Below, piece after piece: positions 28,809 to 38,210 of a DNA stretch of 64,000 bases. The position numbers were made by a program, and so were the translations under genes. Under the pieces are notes generated by a model. The model searched no databases and had not been told where the DNA came from. It saw nothing but the letters and a program-made list of their open reading frames with translations. Position 1 is the stretch's first letter. Each line of letters begins with the position of its first letter. This stretch comes from a virus, in the IMG/VR virus record IMGVR_UViG_3300034107_000136, positions 37,710 to 101,709 of that record; one strand, written 5' to 3'.

Positions 28809-29480
28809 ATGAGTATTTTGAGAGGTTTGAAGGCTATGGAACAACTTGATCGCTCTCCTGCTAGTTTAGGAGACGGAACTAAGGTTCGTTGGGTTAAGTT
28901 GGAAGACAGTCAAAGCGTAAAGGTTCGATTTGTTAATGAACTTGATGAGGATTCACCAAACTATGATGCAGTACGAGATCTTGCAATTGTAGTATCTGAG
29001 CACACCAACCCAAAGGATTACAAGCGTAAGGCTGTCTGCACTATGGATAGTGAAGGCCGTTGCTTTGGGTGTGAGATGGCTAGGAAGCAGACTGAGGCTG
29101 ATCGTAAGCAGGGTTCGTGGCGTGCTCGTTTTCGCTACTACACCAACCTGCTTGTAGACGATGGCATGGAAGAGCCATACGTTGCTGTATGGTCACAGGG
29201 CGTAGGCAAGCAGTCTGCGTTTAATACTCTCAAGGAGTATGCCATTGACACCGGAAGTATTAGCAATAGGTCTTGGAGAATGAAGCGTCAGGGCAGTGGA
29301 ACTGATACCAGTTATATTATTCTTCCTGGAGATCCAGACAACGAGAAGTATGACTGGAGCAAGGTTGAGCCATTCAATCTTGAGAAGGTTGTTCGTCAGG
29401 TTCCATATGCAGAGCAGGAGTCATTCTATTTGGGATTTGATACTCCAACATCCAGCGACACAAAAAATGTTGACTGGTAA
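28809..29480 (+). CDS. Single-stranded DNA-binding protein (gp32-like)
   Basis: KVRF, C...CFGC, RQGSGTDTSY, acidic tail; between primase and polymerase. Confidence 0.7.
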   Translation: MSILRGLKAMEQLDRSPASLGDGTKVRWVKLEDSQSVKVRFVNELDEDSPNYDAVRDLAIVVSEHTNPKDYKRKAVCTMDSEGRCFGCEMARKQTEADRKQGSWRARFRYYTNLLVDDGMEEPYVAVWSQGVGKQSAFNTLKEYAIDTGSISNRSWRMKRQGSGTDTSYIILPGDPDNEKYDWSKVEPFNLEKVVRQVPYAEQESFYLGFDTPTSSDTKNVDW

Positions 29481-29529
29481 TTGACAAACAGAGAAGGGGA
29501 CGGTAGAATAAAACTATCGTCCCCTTCTC
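29481..29529 (+). promoter_or_regulatory. Promoter overlapped by long inverted repeat/terminator
   Basis: TTGACA-17-TAGAAT; GAGAAGGGGACGGTAG/CTATCGTCCCCTTCTC stem. Confidence 0.7.
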
Positions 29530-29549
29530 ATTTATATTTAAGGAGTTTT

Positions 29550-32500
29550 ATGCCTAACTACGTCCCCCTTCACCTACATACAGAGTATAGTTTGATGGAC
29601 GGAGTTGCAAAACCAGAAGAATATGTAGAGCGAGCACAGCAGAACGGTATGTCTGCAATCGCTATCACTGATCATGGAACGCTATCTGGTCATCGACCAA
29701 TGTATCGTGCGGCTAAGGCGGGTGGCCTTAAGCCTATCCTTGGAGTAGAAGGATACATTACAGCAGATAGGTTTGATAAGCGTGACAGGAAAGAGCGAAC
29801 GCTTCCACTTGATATGGTCTATAACCATATAGTAATTCTTGCTAAGAATGATGTTGGCCTTGAGAATCTTGGTCGTCTTAATGAGATTTCTTGGAACGAG
29901 GGGTATTACCGTAAGCCTCGTATTGACTTTGAGGTTCTAGAGAAGTATCGTGAGGGGCTTATTGTTTCCTCTGCTTGCATGTCTGGCCTTATCAATAAGG
30001 CTATTGAGGTAGACGACTATGCTGTAGCAAAGGCGCACCTAAAGTGGTTTGGAGATCGCTTTGGCGATGATTTCTATGTTGAGGTTATGCCACACAATAC
30101 TGCTGGTATGAATCGGGCATTGATTGATCTTGCTGATGCCTGCGGTCATAAGATTATTGTAACTCCAGATTGCCATCATGCGACGGTAGACCAGAAGGTC
30201 ATTCAAGAGATCATGCTTATTAATAATACTCATGCTAAGTTTGAGAAGGATATCTCCTACGATAAGTCTCGTAAGGTAGAAGACCCTCTTAAGCGTCTTG
30301 ACTATCTGTATGGACAAGATCGAATGATGAGTTTTAATAAGTTTGATATTCATCTTCTTTCTGGTGATGAGATGCATGAGTCAATGGGTGAAGACTCTCG
30401 CGCAGACATGTTTGCTAATACTTTGGACATTGCCGACAAGGTGGAAGAGTATACGATTCATCGTAACCTAAACCTTCTTCCTGTTGAGCACAAAGATCCT
30501 GATGCACAGATCAGAAAGTATGCATTTTCTTGGCTAAAGGCCAACAACTTGGATACTAATCAAGAGTACGTTGACAGGCTCAATGAAGAACTTGAGACTA
30601 TCAAGCAGAAGAAGTTTGCCTCTTACTTCATCGTTGTCCAGAATATGCTTAATTGGGCAAAGAAGGAAGGTATCATGGTTGGTCCCGGTCGTGGATCATC
30701 TGCTGGATCACTAGTTTGCTATGCCTTGGGCATCACAGATATTGATCCTATCAAGCATGGACTTCTGTTCTTCCGATTCATTGACATGGATCGTGATGAT
30801 ATGCCAGACGTTGACTCCGATATCCAAGATTCTCGCCGTGAAGAGGTCAAGGATTATCTAGAGAAGCAGTATAAGCACGTTGCATCCATTGCAACGTTCC
30901 TACAGTTTAAGGATAAGGGCGTTGTTAGAGACGTGGCTCGTTGCTTTAACGTCCCTCTTGCTGATGTTAATCGTGCGCTAAAGACAGTTGATACTTGGGA
31001 AGAGTATGTGATGTCTAAGAATACTCAGTGGTTCCGTGAAAAGTATCCTGAGGTAGAACTGTATGGAAATCAACTGCGTGGTCGCATTCGTGGCACTGGG
31101 GTCCATGCAGCAGGCGTTGTTACGTCCAAGATTCCAATCTCTAGGGTCGCCCCAATGGAGACTCGTAACGTCACAGGAAGCGATTCTAGGCTCCCTGTGG
31201 TCGCGGTAGACATGGAAGAGGCAGCAGACATTGGTTTGATCAAGATCGACGCTCTGGGGCTTAAGACTCTTACGGTTATGAATGATGCTCTCAATATTAT
31301 TGAGGATCGAACTGGAAGAAGAATTGTTCTAAAGGATATTAATCTTGAGGATTCCAATATCTACAACATGCTGTCTGATGGGCATACCAAGGGAGTCTTC
31401 CAATGTGAAGCAACACCATACACAAACCTACTAATTAAGATGGGCATTAGTAAGTTTAATGAACTTGTTGCATCTAACGCCCTTGTACGCCCTGGTGCTA
31501 TGAATACTATTGGCAAGGACTATATTGCTCGCAAGCATGGCAAGCAGGGTATTGTTTATGCATCCCCAATCATGAAGGAGTTTACCGAAGACACTTACGG
31601 TACAATTCTATATCAGGAACAAGTTATGCTTGCTTGCACAAAGTTGGGCGGCATGACTATGGGAGAGGCCAATAAGGTTCGTAAGATTATTGGTAAGAAG
31701 AAGGATGCGAGAGAGTTTGACGAGTTCAAGGAGTTATTTGTTCGGAATGCAACTGGGCCACTTGGCGGGGCGGCTGCTGAAAAGATGTGGCATGACTTTG
31801 AAGCACACGCAGGATACTCGTTCAATAAGTCTCATGCTGTCGCTTACTCAACAATTTCGTATTGGACGGCGTGGCTGAAGTATTACTATCCGCTTGAGTT
31901 TATGTTCTCTCTTCTTAGCAATGAGAAGGATAAGGACGGTCGTACTGAGTACCTAATTGAGGCAAAGCGCATGGGCATTCCTATGCGTCTGCCACATATT
32001 AATGACTCTGGATCTGACTTTAAGATTGAGGGTAAGGGGATCAGGTTTGGTCTTTCTTCCATTAAGTACATCTCAGACAAGATTGCATCCAAGTATCTTG
32101 AAGCACGTCCATTTAAATCATTTGAAGATGTAAAGGAATTTACATACACAAAGGGTAATGGGGTTAACTCACGAGCACTTGAGTCAATGAGGGCAGTTGG
32201 AGCATTGACATTTCCAGACAACCCTAGGAATGACGAAGAGATTCGTAGCAACATGTATGAATACCTAAATCTTCCAGAGTTTAATATGCAGGTTCCACAG
32301 CACTACCATGCTTATGTAACCTCTGCTGATGACTTTGATGAGAAGGGCGCATTCATCCTTATGGGTGTTGTTCGTGGTATTAAGCGTGGTAAGGGATGGA
32401 GCCGTGTAGATATTCTAGACGGTACAGGATCAATTGGAGTATTCGATGAAGAACAAACTACTATCGAAGCAGGTAGGACTTACATTATTCTTGTTGGATC

Positions 32501-32819
32501 TAACAGAATTGTGGAAGCAGTTCCTATTGACGAGATATCAACGAGCAAGTCACCGCTTATCAGGTTTTTAAATTACAAGCAACTGCCGTACAGCGATGAC
32601 GAATACTATGTGTTATCCTTTAAGCCAAGGATTACCAAGGCAGGTAAGAGGATGGCAAGCCTAGTAGTTGCCAACTCAGGTAGAGATCTCCTATCAATGA
32701 TTGTCTTTCCAACTGCATTTGCGGTTGCATACACAAGGATAGAAGAAGGTAACATTTATAAGATTAACTACAGTCTCTCAAAGGACGAGGACTTAATATT
32801 TCAGGAGGTAGTTGCATGA
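29550..32819 (+). CDS. dnaE: DNA polymerase III alpha subunit
   Basis: PHP HLHTEYS/TDHG; GRGSSAGS; PDVDSD; HAAGVV; FNKSHA; SD AAGGAG before ATG 29550. Confidence 0.96.
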   Translation: MPNYVPLHLHTEYSLMDGVAKPEEYVERAQQNGMSAIAITDHGTLSGHRPMYRAAKAGGLKPILGVEGYITADRFDKRDRKERTLPLDMVYNHIVILAKNDVGLENLGRLNEISWNEGYYRKPRIDFEVLEKYREGLIVSSACMSGLINKAIEVDDYAVAKAHLKWFGDRFGDDFYVEVMPHNTAGMNRALIDLADACGHKIIVTPDCHHATVDQKVIQEIMLINNTHAKFEKDISYDKSRKVEDPLKRLDYLYGQDRMMSFNKFDIHLLSGDEMHESMGEDSRADMFANTLDIADKVEEYTIHRNLNLLPVEHKDPDAQIRKYAFSWLKANNLDTNQEYVDRLNEELETIKQKKFASYFIVVQNMLNWAKKEGIMVGPGRGSSAGSLVCYALGITDIDPIKHGLLFFRFIDMDRDDMPDVDSDIQDSRREEVKDYLEKQYKHVASIATFLQFKDKGVVRDVARCFNVPLADVNRALKTVDTWEEYVMSKNTQWFREKYPEVELYGNQLRGRIRGTGVHAAGVVTSKIPISRVAPMETRNVTGSDSRLPVVAVDMEEAADIGLIKIDALGLKTLTVMNDALNIIEDRTGRRIVLKDINLEDSNIYNMLSDGHTKGVFQCEATPYTNLLIKMGISKFNELVASNALVRPGAMNTIGKDYIARKHGKQGIVYASPIMKEFTEDTYGTILYQEQVMLACTKLGGMTMGEANKVRKIIGKKKDAREFDEFKELFVRNATGPLGGAAAEKMWHDFEAHAGYSFNKSHAVAYSTISYWTAWLKYYYPLEFMFSLLSNEKDKDGRTEYLIEAKRMGIPMRLPHINDSGSDFKIEGKGIRFGLSSIKYISDKIASKYLEARPFKSFEDVKEFTYTKGNGVNSRALESMRAVGALTFPDNPRNDEEIRSNMYEYLNLPEFNMQVPQHYHAYVTSADDFDEKGAFILMGVVRGIKRGKGWSRVDILDGTGSIGVFDEEQTTIEAGRTYIILVGSNRIVEAVPIDEISTSKSPLIRFLNYKQLPYSDDEYYVLSFKPRITKAGKRMASLVVANSGRDLLSMIVFPTAFAVAYTRIEEGNIYKINYSLSKDEDLIFQEVVA

Positions 32820-33181
32820 TTAAAACAGAAAAAGAAACTATGGAGGATATAATGAATTTTGATACATGGGCAAAAGAGATTCATGAAACATCGGTAGAGA
32901 AAGGATTCTGGGAACCTAATAATGAAGAAACCCATACCATCTTCTATCTTAAGCAGATTGCTATGATTCATTCAGAGTGCTCTGAAGTACTAGAAGCAAT
33001 TCGTAAGGAAAAGGGAGACGATCAAGTTGTTGAAGAACTAGCAGACATCATTATCCGTACCCTTGACCTATATGAAGGATTGAAAGAAGATGGTTACACA
33101 GAAGAATCTCTTCATCAAGTTATGAGACGCAAGACAACCATCAATAGACAACGAGCACAAATGCATGGAGTGCTTGGGTGA
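32816..33181 (+). CDS. MazG-like NTP pyrophosphohydrolase
   Basis: HSECSEVLEA...EELADIIIR. Confidence 0.85.
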   Translation: MIKTEKETMEDIMNFDTWAKEIHETSVEKGFWEPNNEETHTIFYLKQIAMIHSECSEVLEAIRKEKGDDQVVEELADIIIRTLDLYEGLKEDGYTEESLHQVMRRKTTINRQRAQMHGVLG

Positions 33182-34194
33182 CAAACATTGAAGATATCCT
33201 TGCGAGTCTTAATCCTAAGTTACGGAAGAAGATTAGTTTAGGTTCAGAGATTGAACAAACACACTTTGCCAAGACTCCTAGTTTTGGATTAAATAGAGCA
33301 CTTAATGGTGGCTTTCCCTACGGTCGTCAAGTACTAGTGTGGGGAAATAAGTCATCTGGCAAGTCGTCATTCTGTCTACAGTTGATTGCACAGGCGCAGC
33401 AAGAAGGAAAGTCCTGTGCTTGGATTGATGCAGAGATGACCTACTCACCAGAGTGGGCTACAAAATTGGGAGTAGATAGTTCAAGTCTTATTCATTCAAC
33501 TGCTCGTACCATGAATGACATGGTTGATGTTGGCACAGATCTAATGAAAGCAGGGATAGATATAATTGTTGTTGACAGCATCTCTGCACTTCTTCCTGCA
33601 ATCTATTTTGAAAAAGATAGCACAGATCTGAAGCAATTAGAGAACACAAAACAAATTGGTGCAGAAGCAAGAGATATGACAAATGCTGTTAAGATGCTTA
33701 ACTATGCAAACAATCAAGTAAAGCCTACGCTGTTAATTCTTATATCGCAGGCCCGTAACAACATTGGTGCTATGTACGTCTCACAGCAGCCTACAGGAGG
33801 GATGGCGACCAAGTTCTACTCGTCTACCATCATTAAACTCTTCTCATCAGAGTCTGACAATCAAGCAATTAAAGGAAAGATCTATGTTGGAGATAAGATC
33901 ATTGAAGAGAAAGTTGGTCGAAAAGTTCGTTGGGACGTTCAGTTCTCAAAGACAAGTCCAGCATTCCAAACAGGAGAGTATGATTTCTACTTTAGGGGAA
34001 GTGATTTGGGAGTTGACTCTGTAGCAGACCTCGTTGATACATCAGAAATGCTGGGCTTTATTGAACGAGGAGGCGCTTGGTATACGGTTGAAGGAGAACG
34101 TTATCAAGGTAGAGAAAAGTTAATCCTTGGAGTTAAGGAAAATCTTGATATCCAGCAGGCACTAATTGAGAAGGTATCCAATGAGCAACTATAG
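33178..34194 (+). CDS. recA: RecA-like recombinase
   Basis: GNKSSGKS, WIDAE, VVDSI, GGAWY, QGRE. Confidence 0.93.
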   Translation: MTNIEDILASLNPKLRKKISLGSEIEQTHFAKTPSFGLNRALNGGFPYGRQVLVWGNKSSGKSSFCLQLIAQAQQEGKSCAWIDAEMTYSPEWATKLGVDSSSLIHSTARTMNDMVDVGTDLMKAGIDIIVVDSISALLPAIYFEKDSTDLKQLENTKQIGAEARDMTNAVKMLNYANNQVKPTLLILISQARNNIGAMYVSQQPTGGMATKFYSSTIIKLFSSESDNQAIKGKIYVGDKIIEEKVGRKVRWDVQFSKTSPAFQTGEYDFYFRGSDLGVDSVADLVDTSEMLGFIERGGAWYTVEGERYQGREKLILGVKENLDIQQALIEKVSNEQL

Positions 34195-34387
34195 TAAGCC
34201 AAACTATAATAATCGTAATCATCTAAAACCAGCACCAAAGTTTACTAATTACAATGGTGAGTTCATCTGTCAAAGATGTAAGGCAGAAGTAAAGAGGGCT
34301 AGGTTCTGGAAGGACACCTTTGACTTTACTTGGATGTGTGAATGTAAGTTTGTTTCAAAAGTAAATCTTTATATAAAGGGTTACTGA
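34181..34387 (+). CDS. Small zinc-binding protein
   Basis: CQRC...CEC. Confidence 0.5.
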   Translation: MSNYSKPNYNNRNHLKPAPKFTNYNGEFICQRCKAEVKRARFWKDTFDFTWMCECKFVSKVNLYIKGY

Positions 34388-34677
34388 TGACAGAACGTGG
34401 AGAGGCAAGCAGGATAGGTGCAAAATTGCACAAAAATTCTGGTCGCAATAACACTAAGGGAGATGCTAGTTGGCACAACTATGTTCTTGACTTTAAAGAA
34501 TTTACTAAGTCATTTAGCATCACTCAAAATGTTTGGGCAAAAGTAGTAACAGATACCTTAAGGGTTGACAAACAAAAGTCTCCTGCGATATGCTTAATCC
34601 TTGATGGTAAAACTAGGCTTGCCATAATTGAATGGTCTGAATTTGAAAGGTTGGTCGAAAATGACAACGACTCTTGA
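34387..34677 (+). CDS. PD-(D/E)XK Holliday-junction-resolvase-like nuclease
   Basis: E...NSG...KGD...DFKE. Confidence 0.65.
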   Translation: MTERGEASRIGAKLHKNSGRNNTKGDASWHNYVLDFKEFTKSFSITQNVWAKVVTDTLRVDKQKSPAICLILDGKTRLAIIEWSEFERLVENDNDS

Positions 34678-34957
34678 GCAGATTAACGATCTGTATGAAA
34701 TTGCAGAGTACATGAATGATCCAGAGTTAACTTCGGCACTAGAGTTTATTGCCAAAGTTATCTTTAAGCCAGACATTCCACCACACGTTGCTACCGTAGA
34801 GATAGTTAGGATGCAAGCAATTGCAGCAAAACTTCAAATGCGAGCAACATGGATGGCTAATGTAGACAAAAGCAATAGGGATAAAAAGAATATCTATTAC
34901 ACCGCAGCGGCAGAGGTAGATAAGGTCGTTGCCGCATTAAAGTTTCTACTAAAGTAG
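34661..34957 (+). CDS. Hypothetical protein
   Basis: Coupled helical ORF. Confidence 0.55.
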   Translation: MTTTLEQINDLYEIAEYMNDPELTSALEFIAKVIFKPDIPPHVATVEIVRMQAIAAKLQMRATWMANVDKSNRDKKNIYYTAAAEVDKVVAALKFLLK

Positions 34958-34990
34958 GGTACAATTATGTTTTACAAACAAAGGATAATA

Positions 34991-35761
34991 ATGGCTAAAA
35001 ACTTTTTAAAACAGGTAATGGATAAGCAACCAGAAGGAGCAATAGACACCAAAGCGTTTATTGAAAAGATTGAGTCTGGCTATATCGCAGGTAAGGGGCA
35101 GCCAGAATTCAAAAAGAAAAAGACTTTTAGCCCATCCTCTCTTGTGTATGGAAACGGTGCGTGCCCTAGATATTGGTGGTTGGCATTTACTGGAACAGAA
35201 TTTGTTGACGATCACGATCCATATGCTGTAGCAAACATGAGTTCTGGAACAATGGGTCATGAGCGAATTCAGAAGGCAATTGAAGATGCTGGAATGATGG
35301 TTGAGAAAGAAAAAAGAATCATTACTCAAGATCCACCAATCTTTGGTTTTGCAGATGCGGTAGTTCAGTGGGGAGAAGATCAGCCAGTAGTAGAAATTAA
35401 GACAATGAGGGATGAAGCCTTTGCTTATAGGAAGTATGCAAAGCCACCTTCATATCACTTAATGCAGTTAGTCATCTACATGAAGGTTCTTGGAAAGAAG
35501 TTAGGAATCCTTCTCTATGAGAATAAGAACTCTCACGAACTTCATGCCATCACAGTTGAGCCTACACCAGAACTTATTGAATGGGCAGACTATGCTTTTG
35601 ACTGGATGAGAAAAGTTCGATCACAGTGGGAGAATGAGGAAATTCCTCAAAAGACCTACAGGTCTAATTCAAAGGTATGCAAGGGATGCCCTGTATCAGC
35701 AGCGTGTGCTCTTGCTCCAAAGGGCAAAGATAAGATCGAACCCTTGGAGTATCTTGCATGA
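34991..35761 (+). CDS. Cas4-like PD-(D/E)XK exonuclease
   Basis: CPR...G.AD...EIKT...QL..Y...CKGCP....C. Confidence 0.85.
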   Translation: MAKNFLKQVMDKQPEGAIDTKAFIEKIESGYIAGKGQPEFKKKKTFSPSSLVYGNGACPRYWWLAFTGTEFVDDHDPYAVANMSSGTMGHERIQKAIEDAGMMVEKEKRIITQDPPIFGFADAVVQWGEDQPVVEIKTMRDEAFAYRKYAKPPSYHLMQLVIYMKVLGKKLGILLYENKNSHELHAITVEPTPELIEWADYAFDWMRKVRSQWENEEIPQKTYRSNSKVCKGCPVSAACALAPKGKDKIEPLEYLA

Positions 35762-36054
35762 AGACTTGCAACTGGTGTGGCAATAACTTTACACCAAACG
35801 TTAACTATCAAATTTATTGCTCACCAGAATGCAGGGAACTTTCCACTAAAGAAAAAGTAAGTGAGAGACAAAGAAGTAAAAAAAGACAGTCTTTTATGGG
35901 AAAGAAACGATACTGTTCTGCTGGATGTGGAACAATTCTATCTATCTATAACTCAAAAAAACGCTGTAGCCAATGCAACGTTGATACAAATAAAATTGAC
36001 AAGGCGTTGAAACAACTTAAGGGAATAATAGATTATGAAAGAATTGACGAATAA
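35758..36054 (+). CDS. Cys-rich zinc-binding protein
   Basis: CNWC, YCSPEC, CSAGC, CSQC. Confidence 0.6.
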   Translation: MKTCNWCGNNFTPNVNYQIYCSPECRELSTKEKVSERQRSKKRQSFMGKKRYCSAGCGTILSIYNSKKRCSQCNVDTNKIDKALKQLKGIIDYERIDE

Positions 36055-36601
36055 ACCAAGGTCATTCTGTTCTATTGATGCCAGCACTAATAGTCTGGCG
36101 TTTGCATATTTCTATGAAGAAAAGTTAAAGAGTTATGGGAAGATTAAGTATTTTGGAAGCGATATCTATGAAAAGATTATTGATACTGCATACAAAACAA
36201 AGGCATTCTTTGAAAACTTTGAAGATGTAGAATACATGGTGATAGAACAAGTGATCTATATGAATTCACCAAAGACTGCTGCAAACCTTGCAATGAGTCA
36301 TGGTGCGCTTGTTGCTGCTGCTGGAATAGCAGGTATAAATCATGTTGCAAGCGTTAGCCCAATGCAATGGCAGAATTGGTCGGGTAATAAAAGATTGACC
36401 GCAGAAGAAAAAGAAAAGATTCGTAATACAAATCCAGACAAGTCTGCCTCTTGGTATAAGACTCAAGAAAGATTGTTTCGTAAACAAAAGACAATAAGAT
36501 TTGTTAATGAAAAGTTTAACGTAAAGATTGACGATGATGATGTAGCAGATGCAGTCTGTATAGGAGCCTGGAGTATTGACAATTGGGGAAAGGTGTTCTA
36601 G
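36035..36601 (+). CDS. RuvC-like resolvase
   Basis: SIDAST...IEQ...DDVADAVCI. Confidence 0.8.
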   Translation: MKELTNKPRSFCSIDASTNSLAFAYFYEEKLKSYGKIKYFGSDIYEKIIDTAYKTKAFFENFEDVEYMVIEQVIYMNSPKTAANLAMSHGALVAAAGIAGINHVASVSPMQWQNWSGNKRLTAEEKEKIRNTNPDKSASWYKTQERLFRKQKTIRFVNEKFNVKIDDDDVADAVCIGAWSIDNWGKVF

Positions 36602-36604
36602 AAT

Positions 36605-36757
36605 ATGGCTAAGAACATGGGGCTTCATCACTCTGAAGCATTTTTAAAAAAAAGATTACACCTAGACAAAAAGACACCAGAGGAGATTGCAAAAGAATGC
36701 AACGTGAGTCTACAGATAATATATCGACAGATGAAAAAGTTTGGACTAAAAAAGTGA
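36605..36757 (+). CDS. Small HTH protein (not in ORF track)
   Basis: MAKNMGLHHSEAFLKKRLHLDKKTPEEIAKECNVSLQIIYRQMKKFGLKK. Confidence 0.7.
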   Translation: MAKNMGLHHSEAFLKKRLHLDKKTPEEIAKECNVSLQIIYRQMKKFGLKK

Positions 36758-36966
36758 AGGATATGGTGAATCATCCACCTCACTACACTTCAGATCCATC
36801 TGGTGTGGAGTGTATACAGATTACTCGTCATAGAAATTTTAATGTTGGAAACGCCATTAAGTATCTTTGGAGAGCAGGAATAAAGGATGATGCCAAGCAA
36901 ATTGAAGACCTAAAAAAGGCTATTTTTTACATAAATGATGAAATAAATAGATTAGAAAGTCTATAA
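36754..36966 (+). CDS. DUF3310 / T7 gp1.7-like protein
   Basis: VNHPPHY...ECI...GNAIKYLWRAG.K...EDLKKA.FY. Confidence 0.85.
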   Translation: MKDMVNHPPHYTSDPSGVECIQITRHRNFNVGNAIKYLWRAGIKDDAKQIEDLKKAIFYINDEINRLESL

Positions 36967-37064
36967 ACTGTGTGATCTGACTCACACTTCCACCATAAAC
37001 CATTGACAATAGAGCATAGTCTGTGTTATGCTAGATAACTGTTGCCGCCGCAAGGAGGAATCAA

Positions 37065-37610
37065 ATGACGAAAACAAAACTGGTAGGAGGAATTATGGTT
37101 AGCATAATGGCAGTAACTTTTGTTACTGCTTCTGCTAATGCTGCTTCAACCGAACAGGTGTATGCTAAGTCAAATGCACCTATTGCGACGGAGGCTTTTA
37201 TGAATAAGCCTGTCGTGAAGATGGCTGTTCAAAAGCCAAAGATTACCTGTAAAAACTGGCTTGCTAGGGAACTAAAAAAGGCAGGATTTAAAGGAAGAGG
37301 ATTGAAGATCGCTTGGTCTATTGCTATGAGAGAAAGTGGAGGAAGGGCAGATGCCATTTCTTCTACTGGAGACTATGGAGTTTTTCAATTCAATCGCGCA
37401 GCGTGGGGAAAGCAACCTTGGTGGAATACATCAAAGATGCTCACACGCAACTACAATATCATGATTGCTTATAGCATTTCGCAACATGGTAGAACCTTTT
37501 ATCCTTGGGATATTGATGGTCGTGGAAATCACAAGGGCGCATATACATCTGCGTCTGTTTACAATAAGTACAAGTCGTGGTACAACAAGTATCCGACAAC
37601 CTGTAAGTAG
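37065..37610 (+). CDS. Secreted lytic transglycosylase/lysozyme-like protein
   Basis: Signal peptide; IAMRESGG...DYGVFQFN; promoter TTGACA-18-TATGCT; SD AAGGAGG. Confidence 0.8.
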   Translation: MTKTKLVGGIMVSIMAVTFVTASANAASTEQVYAKSNAPIATEAFMNKPVVKMAVQKPKITCKNWLARELKKAGFKGRGLKIAWSIAMRESGGRADAISSTGDYGVFQFNRAAWGKQPWWNTSKMLTRNYNIMIAYSISQHGRTFYPWDIDGRGNHKGAYTSASVYNKYKSWYNKYPTTCK

Positions 37611-37614
37611 TAGA

Positions 37615-37666
37615 TGGCGGGGTAGGGAAACCAATTCAACTAGGTGGCAACAACCCTATCCCGCCA
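37615..37666 (+). terminator. 13-bp stem with 26-nt loop after transglycosylase gene
   Basis: TGGCGGGGTAGGG / CCCTATCCCGCCA. Confidence 0.6.
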
Positions 37667-37685
37667 CTGCTATACTAGTGGCATT

Positions 37686-38210
37686 ATGATAGATATTATT
37701 GAACACATGGAGGAAGTAAACAAAGTAGCCTCCGAATATATAAAAGGATTTAATGAGACTGAGATCTCTAAAGAACTTGACATACCAAGAGCCAGAGTAT
37801 CTTCTCTTCTTAGAGAATGGAAAGCGATGGCGTCTAACTCAGAAGCAGTTAGATCAAGAGCAAGAGAAGCCCTTGCTGGAGCAGATCAACATTACAGTAA
37901 GTTGATCAAGCAATCCTATGAAGTTATTGAAGATGCAAACACTCAAGGTAGCCTTTCAGCAAAGACTGCGGCTATAAAACTTATTCTAGATATTGAATCT
38001 AAGAGAATAGATATGCTTCAAAAAGCAGGGTTGTTAGAAAATAAAGAACTCTCAGATCAGTTATTGGAAACAGAAAGAAAACAAGAACTACTGATGAAGA
38101 TCTTAGTAGAAGTATCTGGCAAGTGTCCAACGTGCAAACTAAAAGTTCTTGATCGCCTATCAGAAGTATCTGGTCCAAATGGAGATGCCGTGGTAATCCA
38201 TGAATCTTGA
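37686..38210 (+). CDS. Terminase small subunit (putative)
   Basis: N-terminal HTH, helical, overlaps TerL. Confidence 0.6.
   Translation: MIDIIEHMEEVNKVASEYIKGFNETEISKELDIPRARVSSLLREWKAMASNSEAVRSRAREALAGADQHYSKLIKQSYEVIEDANTQGSLSAKTAAIKLILDIESKRIDMLQKAGLLENKELSDQLLETERKQELLMKILVEVSGKCPTCKLKVLDRLSEVSGPNGDAVVIHES

Noticed and set aside
34991-35761. Cas4-like gene as part of a CRISPR-Cas system
   Set aside because: No repeat-spacer array or other cas genes; solo Cas4-like nucleases are common in phage recombination modules
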